From contig JAVHQC010000010.1 of the NCBI GenBank assembly GCA_036170915.1, positions 64,001-128,000 of the forward strand: DNA of 64,000 bases, read 5' to 3'. This document shows positions 47,642 to 58,405 of this stretch, piece after piece (the first letter of the stretch is position 1; each line of letters opens with the position of its first letter). Position numbers and translations under genes: made by a program. The notes under the pieces were generated by a model that saw only the letters and a program-made list of their open reading frames with translations, was not told the origin of the DNA and did no database searches. Source of the DNA: Cyanobacteria bacterium auto_48_18 (GTDB lineage: Bacteria; Cyanobacteriota; Vampirovibrionia; Obscuribacterales; Obscuribacteraceae).

Positions 47642-47920
47642 ATGTCAGACAACACATTGAAAAATATATTCCGCAAAAAATTAGAGCAAGAAGAAGCGCT
47701 TCCTGATTTCAGGGTTATTGCAGAGAACCGCCGCATTAATACTATTAGATCAGCGTCGCCTGCCGCATTTAGCAACTTCTATTTTATGCTTGATCCATTA
47801 ATGGAATCCTTGCCTGAAGAAGTTGAGGAACAGCCCTATGAAGTTCTTCAAAATCTTTTCTGGACCAAAGCAAAGAATAACGCCGCTAGTCGGGGGAACT
47901 TCCGCCGAGATGCGGCCTAA
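47642..47920 (+). CDS. Small hypothetical protein (92 aa)
   Basis: ATG with GGAGA RBS. Confidence 0.6.
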   Translation: MSDNTLKNIFRKKLEQEEALPDFRVIAENRRINTIRSASPAAFSNFYFMLDPLMESLPEEVEEQPYEVLQNLFWTKAKNNAASRGNFRRDAA

Positions 47921-48315
47921 TCTAACTCTGCCAGAAAACGAGAGATAAACTCAGCTTGATCTGGGTGCATAATGCTGACGGCTTTGTCCACCAAGACAAA
48001 TTCTGCTTTGTCGATTTCCCACGACGCACAATGCGGAGCGGCATTTTTCGGCGCCTTGCCATAGAAGCAATGCACGCGCTTTTTGCTTTTTTTGTAGTCG
48101 ACAAAACCGAGGTCAGTCAACTCACCAGGCACCACCCCAGTTTCTTCTTCTGTTTCGCGCCGAGCGGCTGCTTCAAGGCTTTCATCTTGGTCTGGAATAC
48201 CTTTTGGTATTCCCCATTTGGCTTTCTTATTGTAATTTCCAGATGGATGCACAAGCAGCACTTCAAGCACGCCGCCAGATTTTCGATACAACAATGTTCC
48301 AGCACTTTGTTTCAT
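47917..48315 (-). CDS. NUDIX hydrolase
   Basis: PKG...ESLEAAARRETEEETG Nudix box; SAGTLLY..LLVHP subfamily pattern. Confidence 0.92.
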   Translation of the reverse strand: MKQSAGTLLYRKSGGVLEVLLVHPSGNYNKKAKWGIPKGIPDQDESLEAAARRETEEETGVVPGELTDLGFVDYKKSKKRVHCFYGKAPKNAAPHCASWEIDKAEFVLVDKAVSIMHPDQAEFISRFLAELD

Positions 48316-48344
48316 AGATTACAGTCTAGCAGTCAGCCTAGCAG

Positions 48345-49745
48345 TCAGCGCGACGAAGAAGAAAGAATTCTGGCATCAAGCTCATCTAAGGTTTGCAAAC
48401 GTGCAGCCAGCAATTGCTCAGGTAACATGCCCTTGGCTTTCATTTTGCGACGATAACGAATCTGGTCAAAGAGCCAATAGTTGGTTAGCGCCAGCGACGC
48501 GGCAGTTCCTGTTGCGGCGGCAATGCTACCGGCCAAGTACATATTGTTTTGCGCTTTTGGCCGTCTGGCATACTCACGCAAGGCCACCGAGCTTATTATG
48601 TCTTGTGTAAGATACGTGCCCGAAATTGCTGGGCCCGACAACTCACCTTGCAACGCTACTTTGTTCTGGTGGCGCTGATCGATAAGACCCTGCTGAATAA
48701 ATTCGTCATAGCGTGCTGACCACAATAAATATACAGAGATACGATTTTGTACCGAGCCTGTTGCCTCCAATTCAGCAACGTCCTTAGAAGCAAGTTCGTG
48801 GTTCAATTTATCCATCGCCACTTTCGTTTCATCTTCAGAATTTTTCAAATCTTCTTGCAGGCGCTTACCTAAACGCTTTCGCCAAAATTTGTACATGACG
48901 TTATATGACTTGGTACTGACTGGCGCACTGGCGATACCAAGACAGTCGCCTACCATTCCCGAGTTTGTAGAGGGGATGGAATGAGAATCATCGGTGACAG
49001 ACTTAATAGCCAAAATTTGCGAGGCCAGATAAACACTGTCAGCAGCAATATCGAGGGCATAATAAACATTAGCGCTGGCCTGCGAAGACTTGACGTCAGC
49101 ATAAACATCAGCAAACTCTGACAAACACCAGTCGCGAAAGCTCTTCAACACTCGCCCTTCCGCTTGATAGAGTTGAGTGGCCGCGAGCTCAGGATGTTTC
49201 GCCACGATCAAATCTCTTTGCGCTATCTGGGCGTCAATGGCTTTAATGCGTGCCACCACATTTTTTACGGCAGCACCAGGACTGGTGCCACTTTTGATAT
49301 TCTTTAAGGCTGTGAAACCGTTTGAACAGAGTTCAACCACTGAACTGCCGCCATCCAACAATATTCCAACCAAACCGACTTCCAGCCCCTGGCGGGTACC
49401 TCTAAGAGAAATATTCTCTGGGTCTTTAATGTGACTGCCCGACAAGCCAATTTGAGTAATGTTCGATGACAGCCCACATAAAGCCGATGAAACTTGCAGA
49501 CCAAAATATCTTGCGCGTCGCCATTTTGGCTCTTTCGTACCATGCACGCGGTATTGCAAATAGTAGCGCTCTAAATCGATTTCTTTATGGACAATTTCAT
49601 TGGTGAGGTTGTCTATCAGCACTTCATCATCAATAGGCGCAAGAGCGTATACACCGCTGGTGCCGCAAAAGAAATGCGAGCAGAGCGATATGGCAATTAA
49701 GGTGCGTATTGCGCTCTTCATGACCACTGAAATAACATCATTCAA
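48345..49745 (-). CDS. Exported hypothetical helical protein
   Basis: 466 aa; signal peptide; coiled coils alternating with small-residue hydrophobic helices. Confidence 0.7.
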   Translation of the reverse strand: MNDVISVVMKSAIRTLIAISLCSHFFCGTSGVYALAPIDDEVLIDNLTNEIVHKEIDLERYYLQYRVHGTKEPKWRRARYFGLQVSSALCGLSSNITQIGLSGSHIKDPENISLRGTRQGLEVGLVGILLDGGSSVVELCSNGFTALKNIKSGTSPGAAVKNVVARIKAIDAQIAQRDLIVAKHPELAATQLYQAEGRVLKSFRDWCLSEFADVYADVKSSQASANVYYALDIAADSVYLASQILAIKSVTDDSHSIPSTNSGMVGDCLGIASAPVSTKSYNVMYKFWRKRLGKRLQEDLKNSEDETKVAMDKLNHELASKDVAELEATGSVQNRISVYLLWSARYDEFIQQGLIDQRHQNKVALQGELSGPAISGTYLTQDIISSVALREYARRPKAQNNMYLAGSIAAATGTAASLALTNYWLFDQIRYRRKMKAKGMLPEQLLAARLQTLDELDARILSSSSR

Positions 49746-49754
49746 TTGCAGCTA

Positions 49755-50864
49755 TTAACAAAGGGCCTTCACTATAAGTTTTTGAAAGTGAAGGCACAAA
49801 TGTTCGCTATTAGTAAGGAAACGACCAAAGTCTGGCACACCACCAATTAGACCGCGCTGCACTGAACTAGTGAGTACATCATCTTCTTCGCCTACTTCTT
49901 TATTAAAGGCGATCAATTCTTCAGCCCATTTTTTATCAACACCAGGGCCAAAATATTGTTCTGAAAATCCTTTGGTGTGATTCGGACCATTGGGCATCCA
50001 GACATCTATTGATAAATTGGGAAATCCGGGATTAATGTTAATAGTCATATTGGGCCAAAGCAAATGATACTGAGCTTGCCTGACTTCGCCACCAGCGTCG
50101 TAAACTTTCACCTTACTTTTGCCTTCCAGGGCAGACTGACGCACATGGCCAACCTGACTGGAAAACCACTGGTGAGAAGTAAGTTTGTAGCTATCTTGAT
50201 CAACATCGATGGCCGCAGCAAAACCAGGATGTGCAACTGCGCAGTGATAACACTCAAGATAATTTTCGAGCATGGTTTTCCAGTTGGCATCAGATGCCCA
50301 CTCTTCACGGCTCCAGAGTTCTAGAGCGTTAAAATCGAGACCACTGTCAGCAATGATGGCGAGCAGATCGCCATAATAAGAAGCGGCGGACATGCAGTTT
50401 TCGTCAGCGCTGGCAAAAACCCATGGCCCTAGAATATCAACCTTTATGGGCATGAGCGGATAATCAGAAGTGCTGAAATTCGGCTCGCGATCTGCACGGG
50501 GAGCCGCTTTCAAATCTCCCTTCAGATCGTATGTCCAGGCATGATAGCCACACTGCATAACTTTCGCATTGCCGCAGCCTTTCATTACCTCATGCCGTCT
50601 GTGTCGGCATACGTTAATAAAACCTGCCAGCCCGTCTTGATTGCGCATCACCACAACCGGAATATCGCCAACATAACCGGTGATATAATCGCCAATATTT
50701 TTGAGCTGCTGAGCGGGTCCGATGTACTGCCAGGCTTTGCGAAACACTTTTTCAATTTCTTGCGCTGTAATGGCCGCATCTGTATACCAACTTGACGGCA
50801 AAGATTGACCACGGTCGAGACCAGCGATCAAGTCGATTTTCTTTTCGCCCACTTGTTGCATCAT
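49755..50864 (-). CDS. Rieske non-heme iron oxygenase alpha subunit (CntA/choline monooxygenase-like)
   Basis: CRH...CGYH Rieske motif; NWK..ENYLECYHC..AHPGF mononuclear Fe site; EED; GGGAG RBS. Confidence 0.88.
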   Translation of the reverse strand: MMQQVGEKKIDLIAGLDRGQSLPSSWYTDAAITAQEIEKVFRKAWQYIGPAQQLKNIGDYITGYVGDIPVVVMRNQDGLAGFINVCRHRRHEVMKGCGNAKVMQCGYHAWTYDLKGDLKAAPRADREPNFSTSDYPLMPIKVDILGPWVFASADENCMSAASYYGDLLAIIADSGLDFNALELWSREEWASDANWKTMLENYLECYHCAVAHPGFAAAIDVDQDSYKLTSHQWFSSQVGHVRQSALEGKSKVKVYDAGGEVRQAQYHLLWPNMTININPGFPNLSIDVWMPNGPNHTKGFSEQYFGPGVDKKWAEELIAFNKEVGEEDDVLTSSVQRGLIGGVPDFGRFLTNSEHLCLHFQKLIVKALC

Positions 50865-51017
50865 CTCTCCCAGCTCATGTTCTCGGGAGCAGATAATAAC
50901 CCATGTAGCCGCACTTTTAATTAAAACTGAGCGGCGCAGCGTACGAATTTGGCTACAAAAGAAAACGCGCATGTTAGAATCACCGACTCCAGATACTGTT
51001 TGTTAGCGGGTATTGTC

Positions 51018-51866
51018 ATGCTTTATCGTCTGAACCGTTTATTCCACCCAAAATCGAAACGCACATTTGTTGTTGCAGTTGACCACGCCCTCTTCAACAA
51101 TGCTGCCTTTTTAGAAGGCATCGAAAACATGGAGAAAACTATCGCCGCCCTGGCTGATGCCAATCCAGATGCCATTCTTCTGTCACCAGGTGAAGCACCG
51201 CATCTGCAAAAGATTCCAGGCGGAAACAAACCGGCACTGATGATGAGAGCAGACACTGCCAATTTTTATAACGACGTATTGCCATCTTCAAAACTTTTTT
51301 GTGAGGCTTATGAAGAAGCAGTTGAAATGGCAGTGCGCCTCGACGCCGCTTGCATTTTGCTAAACCTTTTGCAAGTAGATGATTATCCTGAAATGCTCAA
51401 TCAATGCGTGCGCAATATTCTTCGCTTGAAAAACATTTGCGACCGTTACGGAATGCCAATGGGTATCGAGCCTCTATCATTTAAGAGAAGCAAAGATGGC
51501 ATGGTTGGCGACGGCAGCCCTGCCCGGGTGGTGACCTTGGCCCGCATGGCGGCTGAACTTGGCGCCGACTTAATTAAGACCGATTCTACCGAGCCAGAAG
51601 AAGAATTCCACCGTGTCATTGAAGCTGCCTCTGGCGTTCCTGTCACTGTTCGTGGCGGCGGACGCGCCTCTGACCATGAAGTGCTTGCCCACACAGAAAA
51701 ACTTGTAGGGCAGGGTGTGGCCGGCATTATTTATGGCCGCAACATTATTCAGCATCAAGATCCAAAAGGAATGACTCAAGCCTTGCAAGCCATTCTTCAC
51801 AACGAAGAAACCGCAGCTAGTGCCATTAAATACATTAAAAAAGAAGTTGCAACAGCCAATCGCTAA
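51018..51866 (+). CDS. Class I aldolase, DhnA/LsrF family
   Basis: AVDHA, IEPL, ARMAAELGADLIKT (Schiff-base Lys), RGG, YGRNIIQ. Confidence 0.88.
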   Translation: MLYRLNRLFHPKSKRTFVVAVDHALFNNAAFLEGIENMEKTIAALADANPDAILLSPGEAPHLQKIPGGNKPALMMRADTANFYNDVLPSSKLFCEAYEEAVEMAVRLDAACILLNLLQVDDYPEMLNQCVRNILRLKNICDRYGMPMGIEPLSFKRSKDGMVGDGSPARVVTLARMAAELGADLIKTDSTEPEEEFHRVIEAASGVPVTVRGGGRASDHEVLAHTEKLVGQGVAGIIYGRNIIQHQDPKGMTQALQAILHNEETAASAIKYIKKEVATANR

Positions 51867-51942
51867 ATTGAACAATCCACGGATTACAAGTGGCGAATCA
51901 CGGAATTAGAAAAAAACTGCAACCAACAGAAGTCAGGAGTTT

Positions 51943-52506
51943 GTGATGAAGCAAAGTGAGATTAATCAACTTTGTCGCGAGGCAGCCGATTGCTTGGAAA
52001 AGCATAAATGGGTGCTGCCCCCGCAACCAGAATGGTCGGCTACAGATTTTGGTCTTGGTGATTACGAGAAAGTCGGCCTCGTAGAAGTGCTTCTGGCCAA
52101 TGAGCCCGAATACTGCGAAAAAATCATGTACGCTCGAGAAGGCATGGTCACACCAGCACATACGCACTACGAAAAAAAAGAAGACATCATCTGTCGCCAG
52201 GGTCGCTTGCAGATTACGCTCTGGTCAAAAAATCCGGGCGAAAATAAAGCCGAAGGTTCAGTAGATGTGAAAATCAACCGCAAAATGGAAACTCGCCAAT
52301 CAGGCGTACCGTTTGAACTGGCGGCCGGTTCTCGCATCACACTAACTTCGGGCATCTGGCACGAATTTGTGCCTGTGGGTGGCGCCTGTGTAATCGGCGA
52401 AGTCAGTACTTTTTGCAACGAAGAGACCGACAATATTTTCGCCGACCCTAAAATTGATATCTTCCAAGCACCGCAAGCTGACGAACCGGTGGCCTTGCCC
52501 GTTTAG
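51943..52506 (+). CDS. D-lyxose/D-mannose family ketol-isomerase (cupin)
   Basis: DFGLGD, YCEKIM, PAHTH..KKEDII, WHEF, GEVST. Confidence 0.9.
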   Translation: MMKQSEINQLCREAADCLEKHKWVLPPQPEWSATDFGLGDYEKVGLVEVLLANEPEYCEKIMYAREGMVTPAHTHYEKKEDIICRQGRLQITLWSKNPGENKAEGSVDVKINRKMETRQSGVPFELAAGSRITLTSGIWHEFVPVGGACVIGEVSTFCNEETDNIFADPKIDIFQAPQADEPVALPV

Positions 52507-52521
52507 ACCCTGACACTATTT

Positions 52522-53229
52522 ATGATACCAGTGGAGTTTAGCTCAATGGCACTTCCTCACGCTCTTATTTTTGATATGGACGGCCTGATGCTCGACACCG
52601 AAGGGCACTATAAGCGTGCCTGGACACAAGCAGCCAGAGAAATGAATTTTGGTCTTACTGACTCTCTCTATCTGAAATTAATCGGCATCACGGTTGCAGA
52701 TGCAGAAGATGTTTTGGCAAAAGAATTTGGCGCAAGTTTTGATAAAGACAAATTTCACCTGCGCGCTCAAGAACTTTACGAAGAGCTGCATACGAAAGAA
52801 GGTTTAGCCCTAAAACCCGGCGTCAAAGAGCTTCTAATCTGGGCGCGCGATAATAACATTCCCTGTGCCGTGGGCACATCTACGGTAAGAGAAGAAGCTG
52901 TAAAAAGACTTTTGCACCATGAAATTCATGACTATTTTGTTGTTGTAATTGGTGGCGATATGGTCAAACGCGGCAAGCCCAATCCAGATATTTTCCTCAT
53001 GGCTCAATCAGAACTAGGTCTTTCTGCAGACAATTGCCTGGTGCTAGAAGACGCTCACAGTGGCCTTCTAGCGGCACGAGCTGGTGGCATGCGCTCGTGC
53101 CTTGTGCCAGACTTGTTGCCACCATCGGCAGAATCACGTCGCCTGGCTGAAGGAGTTTTTGACTCGCTTCATCATGTGCGCGAATGGCTGGCCAAAGACT
53201 GTCCTGTCTCGGAAGAATGCAGGCACTAA
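52522..53229 (+). CDS. HAD family phosphatase (subfamily IA, beta-PGM/CbbY-like)
   Basis: FDMDGLMLDTE, GTST, GKPNPDIF, LEDA. Confidence 0.9.
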   Translation: MIPVEFSSMALPHALIFDMDGLMLDTEGHYKRAWTQAAREMNFGLTDSLYLKLIGITVADAEDVLAKEFGASFDKDKFHLRAQELYEELHTKEGLALKPGVKELLIWARDNNIPCAVGTSTVREEAVKRLLHHEIHDYFVVVIGGDMVKRGKPNPDIFLMAQSELGLSADNCLVLEDAHSGLLAARAGGMRSCLVPDLLPPSAESRRLAEGVFDSLHHVREWLAKDCPVSEECRH

Positions 53230-54423
53230 TTGTCAGTTTCAACAGAACTTAAACCGCGCGTGCTGACAAATTTGTGTTACTGCGCCATGATGAGCCTGGC
53301 TATCGGCGTTAATTTGCTGCCCATTTTTCTGGTCTCAATTCAACACTCTTTTCCTGGTGCCAGCGGCGCGCTTTTAAGCAAAGAAGAACTGGGCCGCCTG
53401 GGCTCCTTTACTTTTAGCGGGCTGGTGGCTGCTATTCTATTTACGGGACCATTGGCAGATCGTTATGGCGCCAAAGTCTTCAGTTTAATCGGCAACGGCT
53501 TGCTGGTAGTCGGGCTTCTACTAACAGCATGGTCGCCCAATTACACAATACTGTTATGGGCCAATTTTGTATTGGGCTTCGGCGCTGGGGTGCTCGACAT
53601 GGTTTTGAGCCCTGTAGTGTCGGCGTTGAACCCCGACAACCGCTCAGCGTCAATGAACTGGCTGCATTCGTTTTATTGCGTGGGCGCCACGTTAACTGTG
53701 CTGGCAGGCACCATTGCCTTACAGATGGAAATCTCATGGCGCATTGCGGCTCTGCTCTTAATTCCACTACCTGCGGTGCTGATTTTTGCCCTTGGTGCAG
53801 TTAAATTTCCGGCTCTCACTGTGGAAGGTGGCGAGCGCACACCGGCGCGACAATTGCTGCGTCAATTGTGGTTCGTCGGAGCCCTGGCAGCGCTTTTTCT
53901 AGGCGGAGCAACCGAACTTGGTATGGCACAATGGTTGCCTGCTTACGCTGAACTCTCGCTGCAATATCCACAATGGGTAGGTGGAGCAGCGCTATTTGGT
54001 TTTTCAGTCTGCATGGCCATCGGCCGCATGGGCATCGGCGCTCTCAGCACGCGCTTAGACTCTTACACGATCATGGCCTGGGGTTGCGGCCTCTCGGTGG
54101 TTCTCTTCTTGGTTGGTTCTTTCTGCCCGGTTAAACTGCTCGCACTAATTGCCTGTATTCTGGCGGGCTTAACCGGAAGTTGTTTGTGGCCAACCATGTT
54201 GGCAGTGACCGCAGATAAGTACCCTGATGGCGGCGCCACCATGTTCGGTGCGCTTGCTGCTTTTGGTAATGCCGGCGGCATATTCATGCCCTGGCTAGTG
54301 GGAATAATTGCCGACCGTTATGATTTGCACTGGGGCCTGGCTATATCAGCTCTGGCACCACTTTTGATGCTGCCGCTAGTTATGGCGCTGGGGCGACGGG
54401 CGCCGAAAGCTGTGAAGGCTTAA
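53230..54423 (+). CDS. MFS transporter (FucP/sugar-exporter-like)
   Basis: 12 TM; GPLADRYGAK, MNWLHSFYCVG, GAxE..W. Confidence 0.88.
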   Translation: MSVSTELKPRVLTNLCYCAMMSLAIGVNLLPIFLVSIQHSFPGASGALLSKEELGRLGSFTFSGLVAAILFTGPLADRYGAKVFSLIGNGLLVVGLLLTAWSPNYTILLWANFVLGFGAGVLDMVLSPVVSALNPDNRSASMNWLHSFYCVGATLTVLAGTIALQMEISWRIAALLLIPLPAVLIFALGAVKFPALTVEGGERTPARQLLRQLWFVGALAALFLGGATELGMAQWLPAYAELSLQYPQWVGGAALFGFSVCMAIGRMGIGALSTRLDSYTIMAWGCGLSVVLFLVGSFCPVKLLALIACILAGLTGSCLWPTMLAVTADKYPDGGATMFGALAAFGNAGGIFMPWLVGIIADRYDLHWGLAISALAPLLMLPLVMALGRRAPKAVKA

Positions 54424-54440
54424 GGGCAATTTGGCAAAAG

Positions 54441-55925
<1,485 letters not shown>

Positions 55926-55958
55926 TTAACTTTCCTCTGCAATAACTTCTGCGGTAAC

Positions 55959-57206
55959 TTATGTTTTTACTTCTGGTATCACATCAGATGACACCAACGG
56001 CTCTTCCACGTTTCTAACTTTGGCCCAAAAGAGGGGAATACATAAGAGGAACAGTACGCTCATAATCGTGAGAATATGTATCAGCTGCAATTTATGAGCG
56101 GCGTCAGTAACGAATTCGACGTAGGCGTCAACGCCGAGCATTCCTAGCGAATAGGCGAGGTTGTAGACTGCGTAAGCGATGGCATAAGAGGTAGAGCCCC
56201 TGCGGTCAACCGCATCACCTAACTCGGCTGAAGTTGGGTTCATTGTCAATGCATAGCCCATTGTGATCGTGCACAGAACAGCCGTAGCCAGCACCAGATT
56301 TGGTGTCAACGCCAATAGCGGCATTGACACCGCTGTGGTGAAGAGGCCCAGTATAACTGTCTGACGCACCCCAATGCGATCAGACACAAAAGATACTGCC
56401 GGCGGCATAAATGCGTAAATCAAATTGGAAAAAGTAAACAGCAAACCAACCATTGAGGGTGTGGCATTGGCAATGCGAATCACATGCATGGGAAACAATG
56501 GTTCCATCAGCGACCAGCCGGCAGCGGCTAGAGATACGGCAAATCCGGCCGATAGTACAGCTTTATCAGTGACGATTCCGCCCAATTCTCTAAAGGTTTG
56601 ATTCCACGTGCCTTTTGCTTTTGCTACACGATGCTTCGATATAAATACACAGCGCAATATTGCGTCGATGGCAAGGAAAAACAGCATGATAAAAAAGGGC
56701 GGATAATAACCCCATAAATCGTACAATTCGCCGCCCACAAGCGGCCCTGCCACAGAACCAATGGTGCCACCAAGCAAGGCAAAACCCATGGCCCTGACAC
56801 GATGTACTACGTGATACTCAGCCACTAGAGCCAAACCGGCAGTCCAGGTGCAGGCAGCTCCTGCCCCCTGCAAGATTCTTGATGCTATTACCATCTCGTG
56901 GGTATTGCCGACCATAAACAAAACGGTGGCGAGAAATAGAAGAACTACGCCGACGATCATCGGTTGGCGTCGGCCGATGCGGTCAGTAATCAAAGCTAGA
57001 ATGGGTGTAGCAAGAATCAAGCCAATAGCGTAGGCACCATATAAGGTGCTCACCATATGCTCGTCTTTGATGTGGGCCGGCGACATGGGTGTCAGTGGAA
57101 CCACAGCTCCATACAGCACCTCTTCAACACAAAGGGCGAATGAAACCACAAAGAGAACCATTTTGGGAGAAGATTGCAGCTTTTCAATCCAAGCCATCGA
57201 TATCAA
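55959..57206 (-). CDS. MFS transporter, DHA1/vesicular amine transporter (SLC18)-like
   Basis: EEVLYGAVVP TM1, TDRIGRR, SRILQG, LMEP, ELGDAVD, YAIAYAVYNLAY. Confidence 0.85.
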   Translation of the reverse strand: MISMAWIEKLQSSPKMVLFVVSFALCVEEVLYGAVVPLTPMSPAHIKDEHMVSTLYGAYAIGLILATPILALITDRIGRRQPMIVGVVLLFLATVLFMVGNTHEMVIASRILQGAGAACTWTAGLALVAEYHVVHRVRAMGFALLGGTIGSVAGPLVGGELYDLWGYYPPFFIMLFFLAIDAILRCVFISKHRVAKAKGTWNQTFRELGGIVTDKAVLSAGFAVSLAAAGWSLMEPLFPMHVIRIANATPSMVGLLFTFSNLIYAFMPPAVSFVSDRIGVRQTVILGLFTTAVSMPLLALTPNLVLATAVLCTITMGYALTMNPTSAELGDAVDRRGSTSYAIAYAVYNLAYSLGMLGVDAYVEFVTDAAHKLQLIHILTIMSVLFLLCIPLFWAKVRNVEEPLVSSDVIPEVKT

Positions 57207-57311
57207 CCATCTGGAAACGGCGTCACAGCGTTGAGTTTAGCGCCTTTGACTGTAGCTGTCACACGAGCACACTTGGCAAGCCTCGGGAAATGTAGGGAAT
57301 AGGGCATATAA

Positions 57312-58280
57312 TTGAGGGACGACACCAAGGAAATTTCAATTTTGAGAATTCATGCATTTGCAACGGTAGTCTGTATCTCATTTAGTGTTATTTTTGCCTT
57401 GATGGCGCAGGCAAAACCGCCAGCTATGCGTAAAGTGCATTTTCCGGCAAAATCTATCGGCAAAGCTCACTTGATGACGTCTGAGTGGATCACACTCGGT
57501 AGCATCAACGGGCGCTTTCTTGGTTCAGCAGGCGGTGACTATCTTATACCGGCAACCGAAAAAGTGGCGCTCGATCTTGATCCAAGAGTGGCCGAAAATC
57601 CCACGATGCTCACCGACTTGGCGCCGGATGCGGTGACCGCAATACGGCTGCTGTATGCCGATACACCAGACAGCTTCCTTCCTGCCATAAGCAAATTGTC
57701 AGGCCTGCACAGGCTCGAAATGAGGGAATGCAGTGTTTCGGAAGACGGCCTTTCACAGCTGGCAAAAATAAAAAATCTGGAAAGACTAGTGATTGAAAAT
57801 TCCGATTTTAAAGGAGACTACGGCAAGGGACTTTCAAAGATAAAAAGCTTACGCTTCTTAAGCCTTGCCGGAAATCACGTTGCACCATCTACAGTAGCAA
57901 CAATTTCTAAATTGCCTAATCTTGAATATTTATGCTTGTCGCGCTGTGCACTTTCAAATGAGGCCATTAAATCGGTGAGTTCACTTAAACGACTTAAACA
58001 CCTCGACATCAGCTCCAATGCCGGCCTCAGCGCAGCAGGCCTGCAATATTTGAAAGCATGTCCGGCTCTAGATACAATAAGAGTTCCATTCACGACCATT
58101 AGAGCTCACGACTTACTACGGTTGAAAGGCCTGGCACTGACTCATGCGGAGCTGCATGAAACTAGCCTTACATCAGCAGAAATGGCACAACTGAAAAAAG
58201 CGTTCCCAAAGTGCAAATTTGCTCTCCGTCCAAGGGAGCTCAAAGGTGATGACAAAATGCTTTTTGCGCCTATCCGGTAG
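57312..58280 (+). CDS. Exported leucine-rich repeat protein
   Basis: Repeated LxxLxxLxL units (LPNLEYLCLS, LKRLKHLDIS); signal peptide. Confidence 0.85.
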   Translation: MRDDTKEISILRIHAFATVVCISFSVIFALMAQAKPPAMRKVHFPAKSIGKAHLMTSEWITLGSINGRFLGSAGGDYLIPATEKVALDLDPRVAENPTMLTDLAPDAVTAIRLLYADTPDSFLPAISKLSGLHRLEMRECSVSEDGLSQLAKIKNLERLVIENSDFKGDYGKGLSKIKSLRFLSLAGNHVAPSTVATISKLPNLEYLCLSRCALSNEAIKSVSSLKRLKHLDISSNAGLSAAGLQYLKACPALDTIRVPFTTIRAHDLLRLKGLALTHAELHETSLTSAEMAQLKKAFPKCKFALRPRELKGDDKMLFAPIR

Positions 58281-58405
58281 TTTAGGTAGGCCATTGCGGT
58301 CAATAAACCAAATTATTTGACATAATGGCTCCTGTTCAAGTCACTACCTAACAGCGACTGAACAGCCTTGAAAAAGTTTCATCTGGATAAAATAAAGGAA
58401 AACCT

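Noticed and set aside
9680..48347. Scattered short tandem duplications at ~9680, 22531, 29120, 42025, 45361 and 48325
   Set aside because: They are unrelated 9-18-bp units with 2-4 copies, mostly in low-complexity linkers, consistent with ordinary slippage rather than a system.
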